A DNA stretch of 64,000 bases from Heterodontus francisci. Lineage: Eukaryota. A program made the translations under genes and the position numbers. Under the pieces are notes generated by a model that saw nothing but the letters and a program-made list of their open reading frames with translations, was not told the origin of the DNA and made no database searches. Location: NCBI RefSeq assembly GCF_036365525.1, contig NC_090393.1, positions 54,576,488 to 54,640,487 of the forward strand. Reading direction: 5' to 3'. This document shows, piece after piece, positions 36,823-49,640 of the stretch. Position 1 is the stretch's first letter; each line of letters opens with the position of its first letter.

Positions 36823-37735
36823 CAGGATGAAGGCACAGTGACTGTGATTTCTGGCGCCAAACAGTACACACTGCAGATACATGATGGCCAGGCTACCTGC
36901 AGCTGCATCTTCTCCATTCAGACTTTGTTGCCCTGCAAACATGCTGTTGTTGTGCAGAGGCATCTGGGTCTGCCTTTGGACAGGCTCGCCCCAATTGTCG
37001 TTGGCGGGCATCTCAGACACCAACGACGACAGGCATGGCTGCTGCCATTGTGATTCAGCCACAATGAAAAATACCGCTTGCTTTCAGATCAATTGTACCA
37101 GCTACAACAGGCCGTTCTGCAGAGTGGAACGGCAGCGTTCATGAGGAGATTGGACTGGCTGCGGCAACAGACTCTCCGCTGGCAGCAAGGACTGGCTGAT
37201 GAGATGGAGCCATTTACTATGCCCAACAATTGCCCGGAAGCACCTTCGGATGGAGGTGGCCGCGCGCTGGACATCAGTCACGTGTCACAAACCCTGGATC
37301 CTGAGCGTCTCACCCCCTGGCCTAATGATCTGATGGACCATACATATGCCTGCCTGTTCAAATCTCCACTTCCCCTACCTGCGGTACCCTCTCCTTGCTG
37401 CTCAGTTACAGTCACCTGCTCCTACACCCATCAGGGCAGTGCACATGGACACACAGTTACCTGCTCCTACACCCATCAGGGCAGTGCTCATGGACACACA
37501 GCCACCTGTTTCCCCATCCGACGTTGAAACAACCATGCAGAGCCTTGTGAGACTCCGCAATTGCCAGTTGCTGCCTGTCAAGCAGAGAGGGCGTCCAAAG
37601 GGGTCAAGCACTTGGGGAACATTCAGCAAGAAGAGACTGAGCACTAAAAGAAACAAGCATGCCGTGTCCAGTGGTAGCAGAAATGTGAATGCTCTTGCTG
37701 TGAACACAACTGGTGATAGTAGTAGGCAGGATTAA
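36823..37735 (+). pseudogene. C-terminal half of a SWIM zinc-finger (MULE/ZSWIM1-3-like) transposase
   Basis: ATCSCIFSIQTLLPCKH fits SWIM CxCx(n)CxH. In the same frame past a TGA comes HNEKYRLLSDQLYQLQQAVLQSGTAAFMRRLDWLRQQTLRW, and later LPVKQRGRPKG plus a basic tract. No DDE core is seen. Confidence 0.72.
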
Positions 37736-37930
37736 ATGGGAATGGATGGAAAGACGCACGAGTAACATAACCACTGGCAGGGAACTGCTGGGCTAAATGG
37801 CCAGCTTTATGTTCATAGCCCAAAAGAAATGTGCTTCTTTTCCAGCACCCTCACATCATTCATGTTTTCCCTGAGAGCAGCATTGAACCATCACGAGATA
37901 GGGGCAGTAACATCATCCTGCCTCCTACAG

Positions 37931-38380
37931 CTGAGGTGGGTACTAAGTGATTCATTGGTGGTGTTATCAGTACATGCCTTTACCGCAGAACACAAAGCAT
38001 GCTCAACAGTAATTTCATTGGAGGGAGGGAAGCTCTGACACTGATGTTCTTTCCTTATTTTCTTTCATGTAAAACGTGCCCTTGAGAAAACAATCCTTGA
38101 CACTTAAGGACGGCATTCAAGCAAAGGAGGCAGTGCGGGAGAGGACGCAAGGATGTGCTGATTCCTGCATCTGAGGTGGGTAATAAGTGCTTCATTGGCG
38201 ACGTTATCAATTGGTGCCTTCACTGCAGAACTTAAAAAGGTGTGCGCAACAGTAATTTCAGTGGATGGAGGGAGGCAAGCTCTGACTCTGATTTGCTTTA
38301 TTTCTTTTCATGTAAAACATGCCGTCGAGAAAACAATCCTCGAGACTTACGGTCAGCATTCAAGCAACGAAGGCAACTAG
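37931..38380. repeat. Diverged ~240-bp tandem duplication inside the MULE-like element
   Basis: CTGAGGTGGGTA.TAAGTG.TTCATTGG occurs at 37931 and 38171, and the copies are colinear through AAAACAATCCT.GA.ACTTA.GG. Confidence 0.85.
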
Positions 38381-38789
38381 ATCATGCTGCGAAGCTCATC
38401 ACGATGTGGAAAGGAACATTGCATTTATGGATGAATTGGGAATGCACATTGGGATGCACTTGGGGAACATTCACCAAGAATAGACTGAGCTCAGACTCTT
38501 GTGACTTTGCCTTCTTCACATGGACAATACAGTAGTGGAATAGAGAGCCAAGCGTTTATTCACCACAAGGCTCTCCAGGAACAATCTCTTTAGCTGTGCA
38601 TAGCAGAGACTCGGCCTGTCTGTCTCACGGGAATGCTGGACACAACACTCATGTATCCATGCATAGCAGTTCCTCGGATACTTAATGAACTTAATAAAAC
38701 TTTTCAATAATTAAACCCAGAATTGTTGAGGTTTTGTTTTGCATGCTATTTCCCCGACTTTGCAACTGCACTTCAGATATTCAACTATG

Positions 38790-39555
38790 GTGGGGGGGTA
38801 GAAGGAGGGGTGGGTGAAGAGGGGGAGGGGTGGGGAGAGCGGGGAGGGGTGGGGAGAGCGGGGAGGGGTGGGGAGAGGGAGCATGCAAAATGCAGGACCA
38901 AACAGTTGCAATGCCTGAAGTACTGAGGAGAAGTAGAGAAAGCAACTGGGTAGGGGAGAAAGCAACTGGATTGGGCATCCGCAGCTGGAGGGAACGGCTG
39001 AATGGAGAGGGCCGGAAGCGAGAGGCCGTAGAGAGCCGCGGGGAGCGAGCGTGCGAAGACCTTGGTGTCACCGGGTCCAGGGACTGGCCAGTAAGTCTTT
39101 TGCTGTTGTGTTTATGGCGCATGCACAGAAAAAGGCGCTCCTCTTCCGTTCCACTGCTCCCCCCCCCACTCTCTCCCCCAGCTCTCTCCCTCCCCCCTTC
39201 CTTACCCCTCCCTCTCCCTCTTTCTCTCCCCCTCCCCCTCTTTCTCTCCCCCTCCCCCTCTATCTCCCCCTCTCTCTTTCTCCCCCTCCCCCTTCCTTAC
39301 CCCTCCCTCTCCCCCTTTCTCACCCCCCTCCCTCTTTCTCCCCCCCTCCCTCTTTCTCCTCCCTCTCCCTCTTTCTCCTCCCTCTCCCTTCCCCCTCCTC
39401 GCCCCCCGTGCTGCTGTCCCCGGCCCCCGCGCTGCTGTCCCCGCCCCCCGTGCTGCTCTCCCCGGCCCCCGCGCTGATCTCCCCGGCCCCCACGCTGATC
39501 TCCCTGGCCCCCGTGCTGATCTCCCCGGCCCCCGCGCTGGTCTCCCCGGCCCGCT
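38790..39555. repeat. G-rich tract (38790-38880), C/T-rich tract (39155-39400) and ~21-bp CCCCGYGCTGMTSTCCCCGG repeats (39403-39555)
   Basis: Directly visible low-complexity and short tandem sequence. Confidence 0.9.
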
Positions 39556-40489
39556 CCACTCTCTCACTCCGCCCATTGTATTCTGCCACGTGTTTGTCAG
39601 GTTTCATCTCTGTGATTCTTTGAGCAGCGCCATCTTTAGTCCTGGCAGCTGCTACAGTCGCAATCTGTGACGTTTTCGTGGCACATGCTGTATTTGCGCA
39701 TGTGCCAAAACTGCGCCACCTACCGATCGCGTTGTCAACAATTGCGGTCTAAAAAAAAATCTGATCTATTGATTGTGGGGTCGTTTTGTTCTGTCTACAG
39801 CATACTGCTTCCATTGTTTAGCATGCATTTCGTCCTGTGTTTTAGCTTCACAAGTCTTACACCTCACTTTTAGGCACACCTAGTGTTGCTCATGGTATGC
39901 TATTCTACATTCCTAATTGAACCAGTGTTAGTTCCCTAGCCTGATGGTGTTACAAGAGTGAGGTCATGAGGGTACAGATTGTGGTTGAATATAATTCTGC
40001 TGCTGTTGATGTCTCATGGTGCCTCAAGGATACCCAGTTTTGAGCTTCTAAATCTGTTCTGAATCCATCCCATTTTGCATGGTAGTACTGATACACAACA
40101 CGATGGAGGATGTCATCACTGTGAAGAGTTTTTGTCTTTACAAGTGTGGTGGTCACTCCTATCAATGCTGTCATAGACAGATGCATCTGCAACAGAGAGG
40201 TTGGCGAGGACGAAGTAAGGTAGGTTTTCCGCCATGGTGGCTCTCTCCCTTCCTGTTGCAGGCCCATTCTCAAAGCAGATGGGTTTTTGCCACAATCTGC
40301 TAGTTTTGTGTTCATTATTACTGAGACTAACTCTTAAAAAAAAAAATCGAGATTTATTTAATTAACTGAATTAAAATTCTCCAGCTGCCTTTTATGATGA
40401 AAGGACACAGACCTGAAACGTTAACTCTGTTTCTCGCTCCACAGATGCTACATGACCTGCTGCATAATTGCAGCACTTCTGGTCTTATT

Positions 40490-41434
40490 TATTATGACCG
40501 ACCACTCCAGTCAAAGCCCCCAATCAAAATATACGATTCTGATTGTGGTGTGAGAAATGCACTGTTAATTCAACCCCGTCCCTCCTCAGATTGCCTAACA
40601 TATAATTTTAAACTTTCCAAATTAAAGAAAGAGCCAGACAAATTGTACCATCTATTAACCCCAAATGTGGCTAACCAATCCAGGTGTCTTTAAATCAACA
40701 AATTAACTGTTTAATTAGAAAAACTAAATTGTTAAATACTATGACGATTTAAGCAACATTTAAAACAGTGAAAATTAGAATCCTTGCAAATTTACACTTC
40801 CTGATGTATAATCCTCTGATTAAAATCCATTCACAATCTTCCAGGGTCCGATGAGGAAAGGAAAACAGTCCAACACCCAAAGTTTTAAACTCCTCTTTCT
40901 TCCAGCAATGACCACAGTAGATCACAACTCGCAAGCACTTTCAATAGAATCAATCTGGCTTTAGAATGTTTGAGTGATAAAAGATTGTCACAGTCTAACT
41001 TCCCCTCTGTCAGTTTCAATTATCAGAGATCTCTGTTTTGGCTTGACATTTTTAGAATTTTGAGAGAGAATGATAAATAAGTAAACAGACTAAATTCTCT
41101 TCCCTCAGTTTTTAGGTCTGAGAGCTCTCCTTTCAGGTGCTATTATGCAGCTGTCTGTCTGTGTCATCAGTTAGAACAGGCTGTTTGCCCTATAAGCCGT
41201 TTCAAAATTAAATTGTGACAAATGTATCTCTTGATACTCAGTCCGAGTGGCTGTATCCAAGGCAATGAGAATGCACCCTTTCAATCACAGTCTCTGAATG
41301 GCTGTATGCAAGGCAATGAGAATGCATTTTTTTGCTCAGTCTTTAGAGCTTGCTGCCTCAAAGTAGTACGGCTCATTTTCCAGCCTTAAAGGCACTCCAC
41401 ATTCTTCCCAGAAAAAATCTACAGGATCATAACA
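40490..41434. mobile_element. Possible solo LTR
   Basis: Ends TATTATGACC and GATCATAACA form a near TG...CA inverted pair around a non-coding interior. There is no clean TSD. Confidence 0.35.
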
Positions 41435-41939
41435 ATTATTAAAGTAACCATGATGCCTTCACATCTGCCATGGTCCTGACTGCCATGGGCTGCTGCCTTG
41501 CATGACAGATGCTACATCTGTCATCTTAATTCTTGAAATGTAGGATACAAATATTGGTCGCATGCGTGCTGAAGTTATGTGAGAGTCAATTGACTGAGTG
41601 AAGCACTGTTCCGTTCTAGCCTAGTTGTCCTTCAATATGATGCTGAAGTGCATAGTTTTCGCTGTCTTTGTTAAAAGCTGCACTCTAATTTCTATGCACT
41701 CCAGCATCCTACATACAACTTGCACTGGATTCACACTAAACAATGACTCTAATGGGTATGACACAGGGATGATTTAGCAGTCTTCAGCCTAAGCAGCTCC
41801 AAACAAGTCATATGCTGTTGCTTTGAAACTGCCCATCAGATGTATAAATATCAGTGAACTTTAGGAAAAGTTTGAATTCAAGATTACGATCTATCAGGTG
41901 AGGTGTAAACTCATACTTGGCCAATAGATGATCTACATG

Positions 41940-44745
41940 TGAGTATTAATGACCATAATTCCATAAGTTTTATGGTACTTATGGATAAGGATAAGAGTAG
42001 TCCTCGGGTTAAGGTGCTAAATTGGGGGAAGGCTAATTATAACAATATTAGGCAGGAACTGAAGAATTTAGATTGGGGGCGGCTATTTGAAAGTAAATCA
42101 ACATCTGACATGTGGGAGTCTTTCAAACATCAGTTGATTAGAATCCAGGACCAGCATGTTCCTGTGAGGAAGAAGGATAAGTTTGGCAAGTTTTGGGAAA
42201 GTTGGATAATGCGGGATATTGTGAGCCTTGTCAAGAAGAAAAAGGAAGCATTTGTAAGGGTTGGAAGGCTAGGAACAGATGAATCCCTTGAGGAATATAA
42301 AGACAGTAGGAAGGAACTTAAACAAGGAGTCAGGAGGGCTAAAAGGGGTTATGAGAGGTCATTGGCAAACAGGATTAAGGAAAATCCTAAGGCTTTTTAT
42401 ACATCTCTAAAGAAGAAGAGGGTAACCAGGGAAAGGGTTGGCCCACTCAAGGACAGAGAAGGGAATCTATGTGTGGAGCCAGAGGAAATGGGCGAGGTGC
42501 TAAATGAGTACTTTGCATCAGTATTCACCAAGGAGAAGGACTTGGTGGATGATGAGCCGAGGGAAGGGAGTGTAGATAGTCTCAGTCATCTCATTATCAA
42601 AAAGGAGGAGGTGTTGGGTGTCTTGCAAAGCATTAAGGTAGATAAGTCCCCAGGGCCTGATGGGATCTACCCTAGAAGACTGAGGGAGGCAAGGGAAGAA
42701 ATTGCTGGGGCCTTGACAGAAATCTTTGCATCCTCATTGGCTACAGGTGAGGTCCCAGAGGACTGGAGAATAGCCAATGTTGTTCCTTTGTTTAAGAAGG
42801 GTGGCAAGGATAATCTAGGAAATTATAGGCCGGTGAGCCTTACGTCAGTGGTAGGGAAATTATTAGAGAGGATTCTTCGCTACAGGATTTACTCCCATTT
42901 GGAAACAAATGGACTTATTAGCAAGAGGCAGGATGGTTTTGTGAAGGGGAGGTCGTGTCTCACTAATTTGATTGGGTTTTTTGAGGGAACGGTGTGGGTT
43001 TCCTGCAGAAATCCCACCGCATATCTCACTTCCCTGAGGACTGAGAAATTGTGAAATCTGCGGACAGACCCCCGGCTGTCATTGATGTTGTAGTTGGCTA
43101 TGGTTATCTTCATGTCAAAAGTACTTAGAAACCCATCACCAACACCTCACTGTGAGGAGGGAGCAGAAGCGCACCTCGCCTTCCACTCCCCCAGCAACCC
43201 ATTGAGGAACGCTTTAAACTGGTGCGTCTCAACCAGTTTCATGCCCCGTTCCTTTCCCCACCTTCTTGATGGTGGCACAGATGGACTGGACGATCAGTGC
43301 CAAATCGACCATCGGCCAAGGGCTGGCTGAACTTTATTGCGGCAACCCCTGCATGCCATGAGGAAGTCCCAGAGTTTTGCAGTGGGGATGAGAGGAGACT
43401 TGGTGGTAGGCACGAGGGAGTCCACTGCCTCACTGGTGATGGATTGAAGGTCATCCTCTGTGCCCCACACAGAGTCTGCATCCTCCTCCGGGTCATCACC
43501 GCCAGTAACCGAAGATGATTGATGAAGGAAGGGCAGTGGATGTTATCTATATGGACTTCAGTAAAGCCTTTGACAAGGTCCCTCATGGCAGACTGGTGCA
43601 AAAGGTGAAGTCACATGGGATCAGAGGAGAGCTGGCAAGATGGATGCAGAACTGGCTCGGTCATAGAAGACAGAGGGTAGCAGTGGAAGGGTGCTTTTCT
43701 GAATGGAGGGATGTGACTAGTGGTGTTCCACAGGGATCAGTGCTGGGACCTTTGCTGTTTGTAGTATATATAAATGATTTGGAGGAAAATGTAGCTGGTC
43801 TGATTAGTAAGTTTGCGGACGACATGAAGGTTGGTGGAGTTGTGGACAGTGATGAGGATTGTCAGAGGATACAGCAGGATATAGATCGGTTGGAGACTTG
43901 GGCGGAGAAATGGCAGATGGAGTTTGATCCGGACAAATGTGAGGTAATGCATTTTGGAAGGTCTAATGCAGATGGCAAGTATACAGTAAATGGCAGAACC
44001 CTTAGGAGTATTGACAGGCAGAGAGATCTGGGCGTACAGGTCCACAGGTCACTGAAAGTGGCAACGCAGGTGGATAAGGTAGTCAAGAAGGCATACGGCA
44101 TGCTTGCCTTCATCGGTCAGGGCATAGAGTATAAAAATTGGCAAGTCATGTTGCAGCTGTACAGAACTTTAGTTAGGCCACACTTAGAATATTGTGTGCA
44201 ATTCTGGTCACCACACTACCAGAAGGATGTGGAGGCTTTGGAGAGGGTACAGAAGAGGTTTACTAGGATGTTGCCTGGTCTGGAGGGCATTAGCTATGAA
44301 GAGAGGTTGGATAATCTCGGATTGTTTTCACTGGAATGACGGAGGTGGAGGGGCGACATGATAGAGGTTTACAAAGTTATAAGGGCATGGACAGAGTGGA
44401 TAGTCAGAAGCTTTTTCCCAGGGTGGAAGAGTCAGTTACTAGGGGACATGGGTTTAAGGTGAGAGGGGCAAAGTTTGGAGGGGATGCGCGAGGCAAGTTC
44501 TTTACACAGAGGGTGATGAGTGCCTGGAACTTGTTGCCGGGGAAGGTGGTGGAAGCAGGTACCATAGAGACATTTAAGAGGCATCTTGACAAATACATGA
44601 ATAGGATGGGAATAGAGGGATATGATCCCCGGAAGTGCAGAAGGTTTTAGTTTAGGCAGGCATCAAAATCGGCGCAGGCTTGGAGGGCCGAATGGCCTGT
44701 TCCTGTGTTGTATTGTTCTTTGTTTGTTCTTTGTTTGTTCTTTGT
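41940..44745 (+). mobile_element. CR1 LINE (family A-related), 5'-truncated, interrupted at 42987-43503
   Basis: ORFs 41939-43054 and 43515-44339 join as LTNLIGFFE|..KMIDEGRAVDVIYMDFSKAFD. (TTCTTTGTTTG)n tail. Confidence 0.92.
42987..43503 (-). mobile_element. Internal fragment of an L1/Tx1-clade LINE (ORF1 end/ORF2 endonuclease start)
   Basis: Minus-strand MKITIANYNINDSRG...FSVLRE..YAVGFLQETH resembles the L1/Tx1 APE N-terminus (S.N.NG...LQETH). Confidence 0.75.
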
Positions 44746-46059
44746 TATTAGTTGCTTCTACTATTCCGCGTGTTATCATTTATGAATAAAAATCTGTCAG
44801 ATAAACAACTGCTTGTAAACCTCTCACCAGGAATTTCCTTGAGCTCCTCCCACTCCACAGAGGTAATTCCAGTGGATGTTCAGAAGTATTTTCTCATGTA
44901 AACTGTGGGATGAAATTAGTCTTGGATAGGGAATAGCGACCGGTTAGCTTTTTTGTTTGCAACTTGCTGAACCTGGCTGCCGATTCACTGGCCTGTTTTA
45001 CTCTATCATTAATGAAAAAATTCATCTGCTAGGTAAATTATGAAGGAATGAGTGGCAAATTGGCTGAGGCGGATTGGGAAAATACATTATAAGGTATGAC
45101 AGTCCATAGGCAATGGATGGTCTTTGAAGAATTATTACATAGTTTACAGCACTGATGCATTCCTTCAAGGCACAAAAACCCAAACATTCAGTCAACCATG
45201 GTTAACAAGGGAAGTTAAGGATTGTATAAGATTAAAAGAAAATGTCTATAAAGTTGCCAGAAATAGTAGTAAACCTGAAGATTGGGAGGATTTTAGAATA
45301 CAGCAAAAGAGGACCAAGAAACTGATAAAGAAAGGGAGAATAGAATATGAATGTAAACTAGCAAACAACATAAAAACCGAGTGTAAAAGCTTCTATAGGT
45401 ACAGAAAAAGGAAACGTTTGGCCAATACAAATGTGGGTCCATTACCGGCAGAGTCAGGAGAATTTATAATGGAGAATAGAGAAATGGCAGAGAAGCTAAA
45501 TGATTACTTTGTGTCTGTCTTCACTGAAGAAGATACAAGAAATCTCCAAGAATTAGAGATCCAAGGGACTAGTGAGAATGAGGAAATGAAGGAAATTAGT
45601 ATTAGTAAGAAAGTTATTTTGGAGAAATTAATGGCGCTGAAGGTTGATAAGTCCCTGGAACCTGATATTCTACATCCCAAATTGTTAAAAGAGGCAGCTA
45701 TGGAAATAATGGATGCATTGGTGAGTTTTTTGAGGATGTTACTGACAGAATTGATAAAAGGGAAGTCAATGGATATGGTATACATAGATTTTCAGAAGGC
45801 TTTTGATAAAGTCCCTGCAGGATTAGCAATAGTAAAGCACATGGGATATGTGGTAATATACTGGCATGGATTAAATATTGGTTAACAGGCAGAAAACAGA
45901 GAAGGAATAAATGGGTCATTCTCACCTTGGCAGGCTGTGACTAGTAGGGTGCCACAACGATCAGCACTTGGGCCCCAGTTTTTCACAATATATATCAATG
46001 ATTTGGATACGGAGACCAAATGTAATATTTTTAAGTTCACGGATGACACAAAACTAGGT

Positions 46060-46372
46060 TTTTAAAATTCATTTTGGGATGTGGGTGTCACTGGCTAGGC
46101 CAGCATTTATTGCTCATCCCTAGTTGCCCTTGAACTGAGTTGCTTAATAGGCCATTTCAGAAGGCATTTTTTATTTAGAGTCAACCACATAGCTGTCGCC
46201 CAGGTGGGTTTTTACAACAATCAACAATGGTTTCACACTCATCATTAGACTAGCTTTTAATTCCAAACTTATTAATTGAATTCAAATTTCACCATCCACT
46301 GTGAGCACATTGAGCATTAGCCTGGGCTCTAGATTACTAGTCTAGTGACATTACCACTACACCACCTCTCCC
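46060..46372 (-). mobile_element. SINE sharing both head/body and 3' tail with LINE family B
   Basis: The minus strand reads GGGAGAGGTGGTGTAGTGGTAATGTCACTAGACTAGTAATC...AAAAGCTAGTCTAATGATG...ACTCAGTT|CAAGGGCAACTAGGGATGAGCAATAAATGCTGGCC. Flanks are CTAGGT and CTATGT. Confidence 0.85.
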
Positions 46373-46438
46373 CTATGTGGGAATATGTGTTGTGAGTAAG
46401 ATGCGAAGAGGCTTCAAGGGGATTTGGACAGACTTAGT

Positions 46439-47188
46439 GGGCTGAATTTTACTGACAGCCCGATGTTGGGTGTCATGGTGGTGGGGGGAGGGGGCCCCAG
46501 AAAATCCTTCCGGGAGAGGCCCGCCATGGGCTTTGATGCCAGGAAGGCCCCGACCTATTTTACTGGTGGTGGCAAGGCCTCGGGACAGCTTCCCCAGCAT
46601 TGGGCAAAGCAAGCATCATTAACATATTTAAATAAATTATAATTGCAGAATATGACTTATCTTGCAGTGACATCTGCCCCATGCCGATATCCTGGCTGGT
46701 GGCCAAAAGTTTGGTGCCATTGGATCTCCATTCAGAGATCTGAGGCAGAGCACTGGGGAGAGGGGTGGAGTGAAATTTTCAGGGCCGGAGGTGGGGTGGG
46801 GGAAGCAGCAAAAATGAACACAATTGGCTGAGGGGATAGTGGGAAGGGGTTAAATGTCATAGTTCAGAAATTTCGGGGGGAAAAAGTTGGGATTAATAAA
46901 TTACATTGTTCGGGGAGGACATGAAAATAATGAAGTGATTATTCATTGGGGGCAGGGATGTTTGCAGAGGGGATTGGAAGTGTGACTGCATTTTAAAACA
47001 TTTAAATACAATGGAAGGGCCTGAAGCCCTGTAAAAATAGCGCTGGCACCTGTACGGTGGTGCCAGACCCCATTGCTGGGGACCGAGCGCCCGCCCCCTC
47101 TATGTCATCGGGGGAGGCGTTCTGCTCCTTTCATGTTATTGAGCCGCCGTGTAAAATATCGCAGCGGCGAACTGTAAAAATTCAGCCC
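46439..47188. mobile_element. Harbinger-type non-autonomous element (750 bp) with 3-bp TSD
   Basis: TIRs GGGCTGAATTTT and AAAATTCAGCCC. TSD AGT at 46436-46438 and 47189-47191. It interrupts a CR1 RT sequence. Confidence 0.88.
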
Positions 47189-48414
47189 AGTGGGTGGCAA
47201 AAAGCATGGTAGAGGGAACATAATGTGGGAAAATGTGAGCTTATCCACTTTGGTAGGAGGAATAGATGTGCAGAGTATTTCTTAAATGGTAAGAGATTAG
47301 AAAGTGTAGATGTACAAAGGGACCTGGGTGTCCTCGTCATTAAGTCATTGAAAGTTAACATGCAGGTGCAACAAGCAATTAGGAAGGCTAATGATATGTT
47401 ATCCTTCATCACAGGAGGATCTGAGTACTGGAGTATTGAAGTCTTGCTTCAATTGTATAGAACCTTGGTTAGACTGCACCTGGAGTACTATGTGCAATTT
47501 TGGTCCCCTTACCTTAGGAAGGATATTATTGCCACAGAGCGAGTGCAACAAAAGTTCACCAGACTTGTTCCAGGGATGGCAGGACTGTCCTATGAAGAGA
47601 GATTGGGGAAATTGGGGCCCATATTCTCTAGATTTCGAAGAATGAGTGGTTATATTATTGAAGCCTACAAAATACTTAAAGGGATAGACAGGTAGATGCA
47701 AGTAAGATGTTTCCCCTGGTTGGGGAGTCTAGAACCAGGGGACATAATTCCAAAATAAGGGGGAAGCCACTTAGAAATGAGATGAGGAGATGTTTCTTTA
47801 CTCAGAGGGTTGTGAACCTTTGGAATTCTCTACCACAGGGGCTCAGTCATTGAGTATGTTTAAAGCAGAGGTTGACAGATTTGTAAATACCAATGACATA
47901 AAGGGATATGGGGATGGTGTGGGAAAAAGGCATTGAAGTGGATGATTAGCCATGATCATATTGAATGGTGGAGCAGGTTCAATGGGCTGGATGGCCTACT
48001 CCTGCTCCTATGTTTCCTATGTTTCCAAGAAAGTACTGCACTAGTTACTGTGCAGTGGTAGAAGCCCAGAGGATGTTCCTAATGTACCTCTCTGGTGACC
48101 TTAGTATTACATCAGAACTATTACATTAGCTGCTGTTTCCTGTCCTTTATTGAATAAACATATGTGAGAAACTATCAGATTATCATTTATCTGGCAGATG
48201 TTTAGTCATAAATGATAACACTCTGAATAATAGAAGCAATTAACACTCATATATAGATTATCTATTGGTCAAGTATGAGTTTACACCTTACCTGACTGAT
48301 TGTAACCTTGAATATAAATTTGTCCTAAGGTTCACTGATATTTGTACATCTGATGGGCAATTTCAAAGCAACAGCATGTGACTTGTTTTGAACCAGTTAG
48401 TTCTAAGGCTGCTA

Positions 48415-49640
48415 GAAGAAGTATCATGTACTGTGGATAAAGAGGAACCCATGGATGTACTGTACTTAGATTTCCAGAAGGCATTTGATAGGGTCCCACA
48501 TCAAAGGTTATTGCAGAAAATCAAAGCTCGTGGTGTAGGGGGTAACATATTGGCATGGATAGATGCCTGGCTGGCTAACAGGAAACAGAGAGTAGGCATA
48601 AATGGGCCATTTTCTGGTTGGCAAGATGTAACAAATGGTTTGCCACAGGGATCAGTGCTGGTGCCTCAACTTTTAACAATTTATATAAATGAATTGGATG
48701 AAGGGACCAAAGGTATGGCTGCTAAATTTGCTGATGACACAAAGATAGGTAGGAAAGTAAGTTGTTAAGAGGACATAAGGAGGCTACAAAACATTATAGA
48801 TAGGTTAAGTGAGTGGGCAAAGATCTGGCAAATGGAGTATAATGTGGGAAAATGTGAACTTGTCCATTTTGGCAGGAAGAACAAAAAGAAACATATTATT
48901 TCAATGGAGAGATTGCAGAGCTCTGAGATGCAGAGGGATCTGGGTGTCCTGGTGCATGAATGACAAAGGTTTGTATGCAGGTAGAGTATGTAATTAGGAA
49001 AGCTAGTAGAATGTTATCATTTATTGCCAGGGTGATTGAATACAAAAGTAGGGAGGTTATGCTTCAGTTATAGAGGGCATTGGTGTGAACACATCTGGAG
49101 TACTGTGTACAGTATTGGTCTTCTTATTTAAGGAAGAATGTAAATGTGTTGGAAGCAGTTCAGAGGAAGTTTGCTAGACTAATACCTGGAATGAGCGTGT
49201 TGTCTTATGAGGAAAGGTTGGATAGGTTAGGCTTGTATCCGCTGGAGTTTGGAAGAGTAAGGGGTGACTTGATGGAAACATATAAGATTCTGAAAAGTCT
49301 TGAAAAGGTGGATGTGGAAAGGATGTTTCCTCTTGTGGGAGAGTCTAGAACTATGGGTCACTATTTAAAAATAAGGGGTCGCCCATTGACGTCAGAAATG
49401 AGGAAAAGTATTTTCTCTCAGTGAGTCTTTGAAATTGTCTTCCTCAAAAGGCGGTGGAAGCAGAGTCTTTGAATATTTTTAAGGCAGAGGTAGATAGATT
49501 CTTGACAAGCAAGGGGGTGAAAGGTTATTGGGGGTAGGCGGGTATGTGGAGTTGAGGTTACAATCAGATCAGCCACGAACTTGTTGAATGCCGGAGCAGA
49601 TTCGAGGGGCCGAGTGGCCTGCTCCTCCTCCTAATTCGTT
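48415..49640 (+). mobile_element. CR1 LINE 3' fragment
   Basis: YLDFQKAFDRVPH, PQGSVL, KFADD and downstream CR1 motifs. Confidence 0.88.

Larger units (their letters stand above)
35447..39749 (+). mobile_element. Non-autonomous Mutator-like (MULE/MuDR-type) DNA transposon, 4303 bp
   Basis: Left end CAAAGTAATTCATGACAACGC versus right-end reverse complement GACCGCAATTGTTGACAACGC match at 15/21 positions in register. The flanking 9-mer TAAAAAAAA occurs at 35438-35446 and 39750-39758. Internal SWIM finger and RGRPK motif. Confidence 0.72.
45050..48020 (+). mobile_element. Older CR1 LINE with deletions and nested SINE and MITE
   Basis: PWLTREVK, DFQKAFDKVP and KCELIHFG...RLHLEYYVQFWSP fragments. 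Confidence 0.85.

Noticed and set aside
35799-37062. Four long overlapping repetitive ORFs (301-419 aa) on both strands
   Set aside because: They arise because the 60-bp unit is a multiple of 3 and lacks stops in four frames. There is no domain or other coding evidence.
38781-39623. Pro/Ser-rich and Gly/Arg/Glu-rich ORFs
   Set aside because: These are translations of low-complexity C/T and G/A tracts.
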